A stretch of 64,000 nt of DNA from Clostridia bacterium (GCA_017504405.1 JAFVRG010000002.1:39278-103277), one strand, 5' to 3'; positions 47,909 through 58,510 are shown, counted from the first letter of the stretch. Translations and numbers: made by a program. Notes: generated by a model not told the origin, from the letters alone.

Positions 47909-47934
47909 TAAAAACACTCCCGAGGTCGGGAGTG

Positions 47935-48011
47935 TGGTAGCGGAAGTCGGATTTGAACCAACGACCTGCCGGGTATGAACCGGACGCTCTAGCCAGCTGA
48001 GCTATTCCGCC
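47935..48011 (-). tRNA. tRNA-Met(CAT), probably elongator
   Basis: GGCGGAATAGCTCAGCTGGCTAGAGCGTCCGGTTCATACCCGGCAGGTCGTTGGTTCAAATCCGACTTCCGCTACCA folds as a cloverleaf with encoded CCA. Confidence 0.92.
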
Positions 48012-48221
48012 ATTGTTGCTTGTTCACACAAGCGCCTATACATTATATCATGTAGCTTTCGTTATACAAAAAAGCGAGCCTTTGAGGCTCGCTTTTCGTT
48101 TGACTGTTGTTTTGCTCAAATTAAACGGTTTGAATTATTCTACTTCAACAACGCCGTTTTCGGTTGCGGTGATTTTTTTTGCGTTTATTTGTAAATAAAA
48201 TTGAAAATTTTTCAAATTTCA

Positions 48222-48280
48222 TTGACAACAAATTTTTGTGTGCTATAATGATTTTAGCACTGTACGAGCGAGAGTGCTAA
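48222..48280 (+). promoter_or_regulatory. Sigma-A promoter plus CIRCE (HrcA operator)
   Basis: TTGACA (48222), TG-TATAAT (48244); TTAGCACTG-N9-GAGTGCTAA at 48254-48280, one mismatch to consensus. Confidence 0.9.
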
Positions 48281-48301
48281 AAACACAAGAAGGTGAGAAA
48301 A

Positions 48302-50188
48302 ATGAGAAAAAAGCAATTTAAAACAGAGTCGCAGAAGCTACTCGATATGATGATTAACTCGATATACACGCACAAGGAGATTTTTCTGCGAGAGCTGATA
48401 TCCAACGCCAGCGATGCTCTGGACAAGCTCCATTACCGTTCGCTGACCGATTCGAGTGTGGGTATGTCACGTGACGATTACAGGATTCTTATATCGGTTG
48501 ACAAGCAGTCACGCACGCTTACCGTTGAGGATAACGGATGCGGTATGACACGTGACGAGCTGGAAAATAACCTCGGAACTATTGCGAAAAGCGGTTCGTT
48601 TGATTTCAAGCGTGACAATGAGAAAAACGACGAGGTTGACATCATAGGTCAATTCGGCGTCGGCTTCTATTCTGCATTTATGGTAAGTGATAAAATAACC
48701 GTTACCAGCCGTCCGTACGGCTCGGATACCGCATACCTTTGGGAATCCGAGGGGGCGAGCGGATATATCATTGAAGAATGTGAAAAGAGCGATTTCGGAA
48801 CGAAAATTGTTTTGCACATAAAGCCAGATACGAGCGACGACAGATACAGCGAGTATCTCGAGGAATACAGGATTAGAATACTTGTAAAGAAATATTCGGA
48901 TTATATAAGATACCCGATAAAGATGTATACAACCGAGAAAAAGCTCAAGGAGGGCACAAAGGACGAGTACGAGGACGTAACCGAGCTTGTGACTCTCAAC
49001 AGTATGCTCCCCTTGTGGAAGCGCAAGCCCTCCGAGATAACCGAGGAGGAGTACAAGGGCTTCTATACCGACAAATTTTACGATTACGAGGCACCGCTGA
49101 AAACCGTTCATACAAAATCCGAGGGAACGGCTACGTACGATGCCTTGATGTTCATTCCTGCACACGCACCGTTTAATTACTACACGAAGGATTATGAAAA
49201 GGGACTTGAGCTGTATTCGAGCGGAGTGCTCATTATGGAGAAGTGCAAGGATTTGCTTCCCGACTATTTCAGCTTCGTTCACGGACTTGTAGACAGTGCC
49301 GATTTGTCACTCAATATTTCCCGTGAAATGCTCCAGCACGACCGCCAGCTTCGGGTTATTGCAAAGACTATTGAGAAGAAGATAAAGAACGAGCTTCTCA
49401 AAATGCTCGAGAGCGACCGTGAGAGGTACGAAAAATTCTTCGAGGCGTTCGGAGCGCAGATAAAATACGGTCTTTATTCGGATTTCGGAGCGCATAAGGA
49501 TATTCTTCGTGATTTGATTATATTCAAATCCTCGTTTGAGAAGAAATACGTATCCCTTAAAGAATACGTGTCGAGAATGAAGGATGAGCAGAAGGCAGTA
49601 TATTACGCCTGCGGCGAAACCGAGGATAAGATTGCAATGCTCCCGCAGGTAGAGAGTGTTGCCGAGAAGGGTTATGAGGTGCTCTATCTTACCGAGGACG
49701 TTGACGAGTTTGCTCTCAAAATACTTGACGAGTACGAGGGAAAGAAATTCCAGAACGTCTGCACGGACAAGCTGGATATAGCAACCGACGAGGAGAAGGA
49801 GAGCATCAAGCGCGAAAATGAGGACTCAAAGGAGCTTCTTGATTTTATGAAGGAGGCGGTAGGCGGTTCGCTGTCTGCGGTAAGATTCACAAACGCCCTC
49901 AAAAATCACCCCGTCAGCCTGTCGAGCGAGGGTGAAATCTCGGTTGAAATGGAAAAGGTGCTGAGCAAGATGCCGGGCGCTGAGGCAAATATGGCAAAGG
50001 CACAGACGGTTATGGAAATAAATTCCGAGCATCCCGTAGCGAAAAAGCTGAAGGAGCTATACGCTACCGATAAGGATAAGGTTTGTGAGTACGCAAAAAT
50101 TCTCTACGCTCAGGCACGCCTTATTGCAGGACTTACAGTAGAAAATCCCGCCGAGCTGTCTATGCTCGTTTGCAATCTAATGATTTAA
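48302..50188 (+). CDS. htpG: Chaperone HtpG (Hsp90)
   Basis: FLRELISNASDA, DNGCGM, IGQFGVGFYSAF, LNISRE. Confidence 0.96.
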   Translation: MRKKQFKTESQKLLDMMINSIYTHKEIFLRELISNASDALDKLHYRSLTDSSVGMSRDDYRILISVDKQSRTLTVEDNGCGMTRDELENNLGTIAKSGSFDFKRDNEKNDEVDIIGQFGVGFYSAFMVSDKITVTSRPYGSDTAYLWESEGASGYIIEECEKSDFGTKIVLHIKPDTSDDRYSEYLEEYRIRILVKKYSDYIRYPIKMYTTEKKLKEGTKDEYEDVTELVTLNSMLPLWKRKPSEITEEEYKGFYTDKFYDYEAPLKTVHTKSEGTATYDALMFIPAHAPFNYYTKDYEKGLELYSSGVLIMEKCKDLLPDYFSFVHGLVDSADLSLNISREMLQHDRQLRVIAKTIEKKIKNELLKMLESDRERYEKFFEAFGAQIKYGLYSDFGAHKDILRDLIIFKSSFEKKYVSLKEYVSRMKDEQKAVYYACGETEDKIAMLPQVESVAEKGYEVLYLTEDVDEFALKILDEYEGKKFQNVCTDKLDIATDEEKESIKRENEDSKELLDFMKEAVGGSLSAVRFTNALKNHPVSLSSEGEISVEMEKVLSKMPGAEANMAKAQTVMEINSEHPVAKKLKELYATDKDKVCEYAKILYAQARLIAGLTVENPAELSMLVCNLMI

Positions 50189-50210
50189 TGAGAACAGAAT
50201 CGGGGCAAAC

Positions 50211-50290
50211 GAATTTTGAGCAGAAATTGCCGTTCTTCGTCCCGAAGGCGTACGAGGGTACGTCGAGAGGGCGAAAACGGCGATAGTAAA
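50211..50290. repeat. Intergenic structured repeat family B, second full copy
   Basis: ATTTTGAG...CCCGAAGGCGTA...TACGTCGAG...GGCGAAA, same scaffold as 12976-13065. Confidence 0.6.
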
Positions 50291-50350
50291 CAAAAAAACA
50301 AAATAAAATGAAAATCGTAGATTTTCTTACCTTTCACTTGGTAGAATATC

Positions 50351-50400
50351 TGCTTTTTGCAAAAATAAAGGCGAGGCACTTTTTGTTCCTCACCTTTTTT
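50351..50400 (+). repeat. Repeat family A, shortened copy 3
   Basis: GCTTTTTG-CAAAAATAAAGGCGAGGCAC...CCTCACCTTT. Confidence 0.55.
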
Positions 50401-50436
50401 TGTTTACGGTTATGCCGAAATGCGGCAGCCCCATGC

Positions 50437-50465
50437 TTGACATTTTTTTCATAGCAGGTTATAAT
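50437..50465 (+). promoter_or_regulatory. Consensus sigma-A promoter
   Basis: TTGACA-17 nt-TATAAT. Confidence 0.7.
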
Positions 50466-50495
50466 AGTTAGGTATAAATTGATTGGAGATATGCT

Positions 50496-51896
50496 ATGCT
50501 TGAAAACATTATTGGACTTGTGAGCGAGGCTATGTACAGCTATATTCTCATAATCCTTTTGGTGATTGGCGGTCTTTATTTTACCTTCCGCACGAGGGGA
50601 ACGCAGATTACCATGCTCGGCGAGCAGGTAAGAGTTGTAACCGAGAAGCCTAAGGACGGCAAGGGAGTGTCCTCATTCCACGCCCTTATGGTATCGACAG
50701 CATCACGTGTCGGCACGGGAAATATAATAGGCGTGTCCACAGCTATATGCCTTGGCGGCTTTGGCTCGGTATTCTGGATGTGGATTATAGCCATTATCGG
50801 CGGAGCGTCTGCATTTGTTGAGAGCACTCTGGCACAGATATATAAGAAAAGAGGCCCCGATGGCAGCTACGGCGGCCCTGCGTATTACATAGAAACGGCG
50901 CTGAAATGCCGTCCTCTGGCAATAGTATTTTCGGTTTTGCTGATACTCACCTACGGAGTGGGCTTTAATATGCTGGCATCGTATAACCTGCAATCAACCT
51001 TTTCGGCGTATTCGTTCTACAATGAGAACGTCACTCCTTGGATAATAGGACTTGTACTCGCTCTGCTCGTCGGTTACTGTCTTTTCGGCGGAGGCGGCAG
51101 GGTTATCAAGGTAACGGGGCTTATCGTTCCGTTTATGGGAATAGCGTACATACTTGTGGCGCTCGTTATTGTATTTATAAATGTCACAGCTCTTCCGTCG
51201 GTTATCGGAAGAATATTTACCGAGGCGTTTGACTTTCCCGCAATATTCGGCGGATTTGGCGGCTCCTGCGTTATGTACGGAATAAAGCGGGGACTTTTCA
51301 GCAACGAGGCGGGCGTTGGCTCTGCGCCAAACGCATCTGCATCTGCCGAAATCAGCCACCCTGCAAAGCAGGGACTCGTCCAGATACTTTCGGTATTCAT
51401 TGATACGGTTCTCGTCTGCTCCGCAACGGCGTTTATGTGTATGTGCTCGGGTGTAGAGCCCTCAGCGGATTTATCGGGCGCTCCGTACGTACAGGCGTCC
51501 CTGCGTGCAACGCTCGGCGGCTTTGGTCCTGTATTTATTACTGTGGCAATGATACTGTTCGCATTTACCACGCTGCTCGGAAACCTTTACTACGTAAATC
51601 AGGCGTTCAGCCATATTCTCGGTCACACACCAAGCAAAAAATTCAACTACGTATACTACGTTTTGGCATCGCTCGTTATCTTTGTGGGAGCAGGACTCAG
51701 CGCAGGACTTCTCTGGGATATAGCGGATATTACTATGGGACTTATGACTCTTATAAATATGCCCGTCATAATATATCTCGGCAAGTACGCATTCCGAGCC
51801 CTGTCGGATTATAAACGCAAGAAAAAGAGCGGCACCCCCCACGAGTTTTGCGCAAGGGATATAGGCATAGACTGCGAGCTTGATTATTGGAACTAA
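50496..51896 (+). CDS. Alanine/glycine:cation symporter (AGCS family)
   Basis: RVGTGNI, FWMW, ESTLAQ, GGPAYY, RGLFSNEAG. Confidence 0.92.
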   Translation: MLENIIGLVSEAMYSYILIILLVIGGLYFTFRTRGTQITMLGEQVRVVTEKPKDGKGVSSFHALMVSTASRVGTGNIIGVSTAICLGGFGSVFWMWIIAIIGGASAFVESTLAQIYKKRGPDGSYGGPAYYIETALKCRPLAIVFSVLLILTYGVGFNMLASYNLQSTFSAYSFYNENVTPWIIGLVLALLVGYCLFGGGGRVIKVTGLIVPFMGIAYILVALVIVFINVTALPSVIGRIFTEAFDFPAIFGGFGGSCVMYGIKRGLFSNEAGVGSAPNASASAEISHPAKQGLVQILSVFIDTVLVCSATAFMCMCSGVEPSADLSGAPYVQASLRATLGGFGPVFITVAMILFAFTTLLGNLYYVNQAFSHILGHTPSKKFNYVYYVLASLVIFVGAGLSAGLLWDIADITMGLMTLINMPVIIYLGKYAFRALSDYKRKKKSGTPHEFCARDIGIDCELDYWN

Positions 51897-51991
51897 ACAA
51901 CAGAATAAAGAAGAACTGACTCATCTTTTTATTTGAGTTTCTTCTCAAATAATACAATTTTTTTACGATTCTAAATAAAGCAAGCTTATGA

Positions 51992-53611
51992 TTACAGATC
52001 GCACATTGTTGGCATTCTTCTGTATACGTAATCAGACAAATCGTTATTTGCGTATTCGATAACTTCGTCCTCTAATTCCTCTATCCTATCTATTCTGCCG
52101 TCAATGTAATCGGACAGGCGCTCCTTGCAGGAAAGAATCCTTGTTTTAAGACCTCCGAGGCGTATGTCGTGCACCTCCCAACCGTGACCCTTATATTCCT
52201 CAAACCAACGGGTGCGAGCGGATTTGTGCAGGGAATCTACCCTCTCGGCGAGTTCTCCATAAACGCAAAGAAGCTCCGACAGCGCATTGCGGTCATTTGC
52301 GAGATACGCCTCTCTCGTTTTTATTCCGAGGTGCATTTTCAGCTCCATAACCGAGCTCACCTTTTCCACAACGTCGAATGCATATGCGTATTCTCCTGCT
52401 CTCGATTTCGCATCCGTGATTACTCCCGTATGCTCGTCATACGCTATTTCAAGTCCGTTCCTGACAGCGGCATCCGTCCAGCCGAGGAAGGGGTCGGAAA
52501 ACAAAAGGTTCTTTGTAGGAGACTGGGGTACAAGATAATGCTTGCATTTAAAATTATCGGGCACTCTGTCTATTCTGTTAGGCAATTCGAGAGTTGCAAA
52601 ATCATCAAAACGGTAGCCGAACATATCGAAAAATCCCTGTTTTATACTATCCATATCGAAGTTTCCGTCGCCGAACTGACGGATAGCGTACAAAAGATGC
52701 AGAACCGTAAAAGGCGAGCACTCGGCGCCGTTATCACCCCACATAGTTATCATAACACTGTTTATTTTGTTCTCTATAACGCTTTGCATTGCAGCTCTCA
52801 TAGTGTCAAGAGTCTGTGTGGTTTCGGGAATATAACCGTTCCACGTCCACGCACCGCCTGTAAACCATACGTCATCGGAAAATTTCTTGTGGTCGGCAAA
52901 GAGCTTATCGTAAACAGCTTTATTCTTGTTATAATAATCCCAATGCTCAACCGAGGCATTTTTAGGGAAGCTGTCTATTGCCCTCTGCGGCAGCACAGCG
53001 TTAACATCGTAATGGTCGGTTCCTGCCAGCGTATAATACATATCAAGACAGTATACAGGCGTAAGTCCGTATTTTTGCGCTATTTCAGTAACTTTGTTAA
53101 CGTGCTCTGATATAATATCAAACCTGTCACGGCAGCCGTTTATATTCATATACCTGCCACGTCCGAGCATAAACGCCTCATCTATTGATGCACATACAAC
53201 ACGTGAGGTAAAAACCTCAGAGATAAACTTGAACATTTTATCAATAAGGTTATAAGTCCTCTCGTCCCCTATCAGCAAAACATCATCGCAATCTACGATT
53301 TCCGCATACGCAGGGTGCCTTACAAGATTAGTGAAATGTCCGAGCACCTCAATTCTCGGAAAAACCTCGATTCCCAGCGAATCTGCGTAGCGAACAACCT
53401 CGGTTAGCTCTTCCTTTGAATATCTGCCACGCAAATATCCGAAATACGGTTCTCCCTCAGGCTCGAACATATCCTCCATATACAGCGAGAAGCTGTTATA
53501 TCCGATTTTTGCTATGCAGTCAATCAGATGCTTAATTTTGGACACCTTCATTGCTCCGTTTCTCGAAACGTCAAGCATAACGCCAAATCTTTTGAAATTC
53601 CCTGTTTTCAT
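51992..53611 (-). CDS. GH20-family beta-N-acetylhexosaminidase (GcnA-like)
   Basis: GVMLDVSRN, LYMED, YLRGRYS, LGH, DE catalytic pair, WDYY, WGDNG. Confidence 0.8.
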   Translation of the reverse strand: MKTGNFKRFGVMLDVSRNGAMKVSKIKHLIDCIAKIGYNSFSLYMEDMFEPEGEPYFGYLRGRYSKEELTEVVRYADSLGIEVFPRIEVLGHFTNLVRHPAYAEIVDCDDVLLIGDERTYNLIDKMFKFISEVFTSRVVCASIDEAFMLGRGRYMNINGCRDRFDIISEHVNKVTEIAQKYGLTPVYCLDMYYTLAGTDHYDVNAVLPQRAIDSFPKNASVEHWDYYNKNKAVYDKLFADHKKFSDDVWFTGGAWTWNGYIPETTQTLDTMRAAMQSVIENKINSVMITMWGDNGAECSPFTVLHLLYAIRQFGDGNFDMDSIKQGFFDMFGYRFDDFATLELPNRIDRVPDNFKCKHYLVPQSPTKNLLFSDPFLGWTDAAVRNGLEIAYDEHTGVITDAKSRAGEYAYAFDVVEKVSSVMELKMHLGIKTREAYLANDRNALSELLCVYGELAERVDSLHKSARTRWFEEYKGHGWEVHDIRLGGLKTRILSCKERLSDYIDGRIDRIEELEDEVIEYANNDLSDYVYRRMPTMCDL

Positions 53612-53775
53612 ATAGACCCCCTAAGATAAATTTAAGTTCACAACTGAATTATATCATTGCACTGCAAAAAAACAAATGAACTTTTGTTGTATTAAGTTTA
53701 CATATTGTTGCTTTTTAGTACAAATAAAGAGCTGTCCCGTTAAACGCAAAATGCAAAAGGGACAGCCCTAAAAAT

Positions 53776-55527
53776 TCAGGCGTTTGGCAGAGCGTATTTT
53801 TTTGTATACTCGCCGTACAGCGTCTCATAGTCGCCGTCGCCCTCACGGACAGTACGTACCGTTTCGTGCAGGCTAAGATTGAGTGCTGCGGTGTCGGTTA
53901 CGCACGCCGCAATGTTCGAGCAATGGTCTGCAGTACGCTCGATATTCGTGAGAATATCCGACCAAACAAAGCCTGCACCGATACTGCAATCACCACGCTG
54001 GAGCCTTAGTATATGACGGGCACGCATCTGCTCCTTCAAATCGTCTATTACCTGCTCGAGCGGCTCAACGAGGTGCGCCGCACTCAAATCGCTGTCAATA
54101 AAGGCACGAAGGGACAGCTCAAGTATTTCCTTGGCGCTACTCATAAGAACGTGCATCTCCTCGTCAGCCGACTCCGAGAAGTGTATTCCCTTCTCACGCA
54201 TTTCCTCGGCGGATTCGAGAATATTGACGGCGTGGTCGGATATGCGCTCAAAATCTCCGATAAGGCGCAAGTGCTTTGCCGCCTCGTCGCTGACACGGTC
54301 GCCAATCTGACGGCTGCTCAGCTTAACGAGATATGTGCCGATAATATCCTCGTAATGGTCGGTTACGTCCTCTTTTCTGCGGATATCCTCCGCCTTTTCC
54401 TCGGAATAATTATACAGAGAATCAATACTGTCGCAAAGAGCGCTGACTGCGTCGTTTGCCATAGCAACCGTTAAGGTATGGCAGCGCTCGAGCGCAACGT
54501 TGGGCGTTGCCAACAGACGCTCGTCGAGCTCCTCTACCCTATCAGGCGTTTTGGCTTCGGGAATTATTGCATACGCCAGCTTTTCAAGCAGAGCGGACGC
54601 AGGAAGCAGAAGCACCGTACACAGAATATTGAATGCAGAGTGAGCTATCGCTATTCCGGGCAGGGTTGCCGCCTCGCCGAGTATTGCGGGGCTGAAAATT
54701 GCGTTTGCTATGCTGAACACGGCAAGCCATACTACAGTACCGATAATATTGAATGAGAGGTGGACGAGCGCCGCCCTCTTTGCGTTCTTGTTTGCGCCTA
54801 TGGTGGATATGATAGCGGTTACGCACGTACCGATATTCTGACCCATTATGATAGGAATTGCCGCACCGTAGGAAACTGCACCTGTTGCCGCCAGCGCCTG
54901 CAAAATACCGACAGATGCCGACGAGGACTGAATTATTGCCGTGAGAAGTGCACCCGCAAGCACGCCGAGAATAGGATTTTCAAACGCTACGAACAGCTTA
55001 GTAAAGGCGGGTATATCCTTAAGCCCCGAAACCGAATCGGTCATAATATCCATACCGAACATAAGAACGGCAAAGCCAAGCAGAATAACGCCTATATCCT
55101 TCTTTTTGTTGCTCTTTGTGAACATATAAAGGATAATTCCGATAAGCGCAAGCACGGGGGTAAATGACATAGGCTTTAAAAGCTTGAGAACAATGTTATC
55201 TCCCGAAATACCGCCAAGGCTCAAAATCCACGCCGTAACGGTAGTTCCGACGTTTGCACCCATAATTACGTTGATTGCCTGCCTGAGAGTCATAAGTCCC
55301 GAGTTTACAAAGCCAACCACCATGACGGTAGTTGCCGACGAGGACTGAATAACTGCGGTAACCCCCATACCGGTGGCGAAGCCTGTCATTTTGCCGGTAG
55401 TCAGGCGTCCGAGCATAAGCTCGAGCTTGTTGCCTGCACTGCGTTCAAGGGCCTGTCCCATAACGTTCATTCCAAACAAAAACAGGCAAAGACCTCCAAT
55501 GAGTGTAAGTGCATCAAATATTGTCAT
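53776..55527 (-). CDS. Na/Pi cotransporter with PhoU-like C-terminal domains
   Basis: Two QSSS repeats, GANVGT/GQNIGT, ERISDH/ERTADH. Confidence 0.92.
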   Translation of the reverse strand: MTIFDALTLIGGLCLFLFGMNVMGQALERSAGNKLELMLGRLTTGKMTGFATGMGVTAVIQSSSATTVMVVGFVNSGLMTLRQAINVIMGANVGTTVTAWILSLGGISGDNIVLKLLKPMSFTPVLALIGIILYMFTKSNKKKDIGVILLGFAVLMFGMDIMTDSVSGLKDIPAFTKLFVAFENPILGVLAGALLTAIIQSSSASVGILQALAATGAVSYGAAIPIIMGQNIGTCVTAIISTIGANKNAKRAALVHLSFNIIGTVVWLAVFSIANAIFSPAILGEAATLPGIAIAHSAFNILCTVLLLPASALLEKLAYAIIPEAKTPDRVEELDERLLATPNVALERCHTLTVAMANDAVSALCDSIDSLYNYSEEKAEDIRRKEDVTDHYEDIIGTYLVKLSSRQIGDRVSDEAAKHLRLIGDFERISDHAVNILESAEEMREKGIHFSESADEEMHVLMSSAKEILELSLRAFIDSDLSAAHLVEPLEQVIDDLKEQMRARHILRLQRGDCSIGAGFVWSDILTNIERTADHCSNIAACVTDTAALNLSLHETVRTVREGDGDYETLYGEYTKKYALPNA

Positions 55528-55733
55528 ATATTCCCTTTCAATTGCCGATAATTCGGCAGAATTTGCTAATCAATTTTCCAGGACAATTTTATCACACACA
55601 GGTTTAAAAGTCAATAGAAAATATGCTTTTGCTGACCGTTCAATCAGCAATCTTTTGAAAATCGCCACAGCTTAATCAGAAAACGAGCGCAAAATCCAAG
55701 AATACGGATTTTGCGCTCGTGTATTATTAAATT

Positions 55734-57467
55734 TTATTCGTTTTGATTAGTTTGAGGCTGTGCAGCTTCCATCGGCTGATTGGGATAGTATGCGGGATTA
55801 ACTGCATTGGGGTATCCAAAGTTACCGTAGGCGTATCCGTTTTCGACTGCTTCGTACTGCTTTTTCTCACCGAAAAGCTTTGCAGGCAGGCACGCCTGAA
55901 CAATAGCGAATATAATCATAAACACAATTCCTGCGCTGATGCCAAGGCTGTAACCGCTAAGCTCATACTTTTCAATATACGAGTTTATGAATACCAAATA
56001 CGAAATCACCAGAGCAAGAGCAACAACGGCAAATACTGCGGCGAGAATTTTTGCAATAATAACAGCCGCACGTGAGTAAGCACCGCCGTTATAATAGGAG
56101 AGGTTCAACCACATAATCACACAGGCAAGAGCGCCTATCAGCACGTATGCAACACCTATCAGCGAGTAAAGCCAACCGTAGTTGTGCAGTCCACGCGATG
56201 CGCCCAGCACATGCAAAAGATTTTCGTTTGCCTCGAGGGCCATCGAATCTCCGTCGTCCACTTCCACAACGGTTAAATTCTTAAATTCGTCCTTCGCTTC
56301 TCCAATCGCTTTGCTCTTTTCTTCAAAGGTACCGTGTGAAAACTCATCATACTCATCGTCGGTCGCTTCATCTATGATAAGGGTTGAGAAGAAGGAGACG
56401 TCAACTCCGATATCAGCCTCCGCTTCGGTGCTCCTTCCTTGGAAAACAGCAGCTACATTGGAGCTTATTACGGGAGTAAAGAGCATTATTACCAGAAGCA
56501 GGGATGCAGAGAACGATACAACTCTCATAGTTGAAAAACGCACGGTCTTTTCACCGAGAAGAATAGCCGCAACCCAATTGGCGATAGGATACAAAAGTGC
56601 AAATATAATGCTGACTATAAGTCCGCCTGCCAAGGAGGTTTCCGCTCCGTAGCCATATTCAATAAATGCTGAAATATAGTGCAAGAGAGCGAGCGCAGGC
56701 ACGAGAGCCGCAAGTGTCGCAGTTATCCTCTCAAAATTATATCTTTTTAATACGCCGACAGCGCAAAGCAAATTCAAAAGAGCGAATACAAAAAGTGCAA
56801 CAGCGGCTAAGAGGTAAAGAATAGCCAGAACAGCGCATATGTAAATGGCGGGAGCAGGGTTCATTTCCTCGCTCCTTGCGGCAAGTCGCATTGCAAGGAA
56901 CATAAGCCTATCCATCTGGTCGTCGTCATCAACATATTTGCCTCTTTTAACTATTGATAACATTTCCTGAAACAGGTCGTCATCCTGTAGCTCCTCATCA
57001 CTAAGCGAGCTGAAGGAATCTACAGCCAGCACAATAGTATCTATAGGGCTAAGCTCAATCTCAGCATCGAAATCCATGCCAACTCCGATAGAATAGTCCT
57101 CCAAATCAAATTTAACAGTCGGGAGCAGCGCCATAATCAGCATAATGACAGCTATTGCCATTACAATGCCCGACTTGCAGTATTTGAATATACTTCTCTT
57201 TATCTCGGAATTGAGAGGCTTCTTTTCCTTTTTAGGCGCATAGGGATTTGCATAATTCACGGGAGCTCTGTCAATCGGCTGATATATAGGCTCGGCATTT
57301 ACGCTCGGCTCCGGCTGGCGGGCAACAGGCTCTTCAGCCCTTGTCGCCGTTTCTGCAACGTCATGTGCCACGTTGTTTTCCTGCATACGTCCGCACGAGG
57401 AGCAGAAGCGAGCCGATGCGGGGAGCTGTGCTCCGCAATAGATACAGAATTTTAAATTTTTGTCCAT
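55734..57467 (-). CDS. Zinc-ribbon-domain multi-pass membrane protein
   Basis: FCIYCG...FCSSCG N-terminus, about 8 TM helices, acidic extracellular loops; AAGGA RBS before ATG 57467. Confidence 0.75.
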   Translation of the reverse strand: MDKNLKFCIYCGAQLPASARFCSSCGRMQENNVAHDVAETATRAEEPVARQPEPSVNAEPIYQPIDRAPVNYANPYAPKKEKKPLNSEIKRSIFKYCKSGIVMAIAVIMLIMALLPTVKFDLEDYSIGVGMDFDAEIELSPIDTIVLAVDSFSSLSDEELQDDDLFQEMLSIVKRGKYVDDDDQMDRLMFLAMRLAARSEEMNPAPAIYICAVLAILYLLAAVALFVFALLNLLCAVGVLKRYNFERITATLAALVPALALLHYISAFIEYGYGAETSLAGGLIVSIIFALLYPIANWVAAILLGEKTVRFSTMRVVSFSASLLLVIMLFTPVISSNVAAVFQGRSTEAEADIGVDVSFFSTLIIDEATDDEYDEFSHGTFEEKSKAIGEAKDEFKNLTVVEVDDGDSMALEANENLLHVLGASRGLHNYGWLYSLIGVAYVLIGALACVIMWLNLSYYNGGAYSRAAVIIAKILAAVFAVVALALVISYLVFINSYIEKYELSGYSLGISAGIVFMIIFAIVQACLPAKLFGEKKQYEAVENGYAYGNFGYPNAVNPAYYPNQPMEAAQPQTNQNE

Positions 57468-57629
57468 TGTAGGTCCTTTCTTCGGGTGTCGGCATGAGAA
57501 TAAAACGAAAATTCGCACAATCGGGACAATTCCCACCCAAAAGGCAAAATCCCGATTTTATCGCAGGCTCAAACAAAATATGGTGTTTAACCAACTCATA
57601 TTTATCATATTTATTGCGCCTGTACCTAT

Positions 57630-57658
57630 ATTATACACGCCCGCTACGCAAATGTCAA
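57630..57658 (-). promoter_or_regulatory. Consensus sigma-A promoter giving a ~155-nt leader
   Basis: Minus strand TTGACA-17 nt-TATAAT. Confidence 0.7.
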
Positions 57659-57722
57659 TTGTAATACGTAAATTTGTGGGAGCCCCCTACGAAAAGAAAA
57701 AGGCAGTCAAAGACTGCCTGTG

Positions 57723-58331
57723 TTATTTTAAATCCTCTGCCCTGAATGTTGTATATCCCTCGTAATGATAGCTCGTATCAATACCCTTCATAAACACCTG
57801 TCGGTCATTTACCTTGTCTGTCAGGGCATTTTTTAGAAGATGCTTGATTTCGATATCCTTGATAGGGCTTCTCTCCATAGCAAGGAGATAATCCTCTTTA
57901 TCAACAAGGCTCCAGTCTACAACCATTCCAAGCTCACTTTTTAATATATGGTCGAGCCAGATTCGGGTAGCCCTGCCGTTACCCTCTCTGAACGGATGCG
58001 CCACATTCATTTCAACGTACTTTTCAACAATCTCATCGAAGGTGCTTTGAGGCATTTTTTCGATGTTTTTAATCGCCTCGCCGAGATACATTAACGGCGC
58101 AAATCTGAAATTTCCTTTTGCAATATTAACCGTTCGCAGCTTTCCTGCAAAACCGTATATATCAGAGAACAGCCGGGAATGTATTTTTGAAAGCGTATCA
58201 AACGTTCCCGATTTCAACGAAGAAAGAAAATTCGTTTCAAAAAGCTCTATTGCACGGATTTTGCTTATGCGCTCTTCCTCACGTGCAAGCTCTGCCGAAT
58301 CGTTAATTCCCAATTTATTATCAAGAGCCAT
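57723..58331 (-). CDS. Fic-domain AMPylase, class III (NmFic-like)
   Basis: HPFREGNGRATR motif and C-terminal inhibitory SYHYEG, matching (S/T)xxxE(G/N). Confidence 0.9.
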   Translation of the reverse strand: MALDNKLGINDSAELAREEERISKIRAIELFETNFLSSLKSGTFDTLSKIHSRLFSDIYGFAGKLRTVNIAKGNFRFAPLMYLGEAIKNIEKMPQSTFDEIVEKYVEMNVAHPFREGNGRATRIWLDHILKSELGMVVDWSLVDKEDYLLAMERSPIKDIEIKHLLKNALTDKVNDRQVFMKGIDTSYHYEGYTTFRAEDLK

Positions 58332-58466
58332 ACTATCCCATCCCCACCGTTTGTTCGTTCAATAGTATTATACCATAAAGTAGAGTTGATTTCAAGTAAT
58401 AAGCCGTCTATTTATGAAAATTTCCCACCCTACACACTGCAAAAGCAAGCACAATGTCCGTTTTTT

Positions 58467-58510
58467 TGGCACCCGCAGCGAGAATCGAACTCACAACTAA
58501 CCCTTAGGAG
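58467..58510 (-). pseudogene. 3' half of a tRNA-Arg(CCT) (att-site remnant)
   Basis: CTCCTAAGGGTTAGTTGTGAGTTCGATTCTCGCTGCGGGTGCCA; 20-bp identity with the T-arm of the tRNA at 63919. Confidence 0.85.

Noticed and set aside
48135-48212. Short minus-strand frame ending ...KKITATENGVVEVE* followed by a terminator, possibly a gene remnant
   Set aside because: Too short, no RBS, and cannot be assigned without a search
48509-53110. Antisense ORFs over htpG (257 aa) and the GH20 gene (313 aa)
   Set aside because: Fully overlap well-supported genes and show no recognisable protein features
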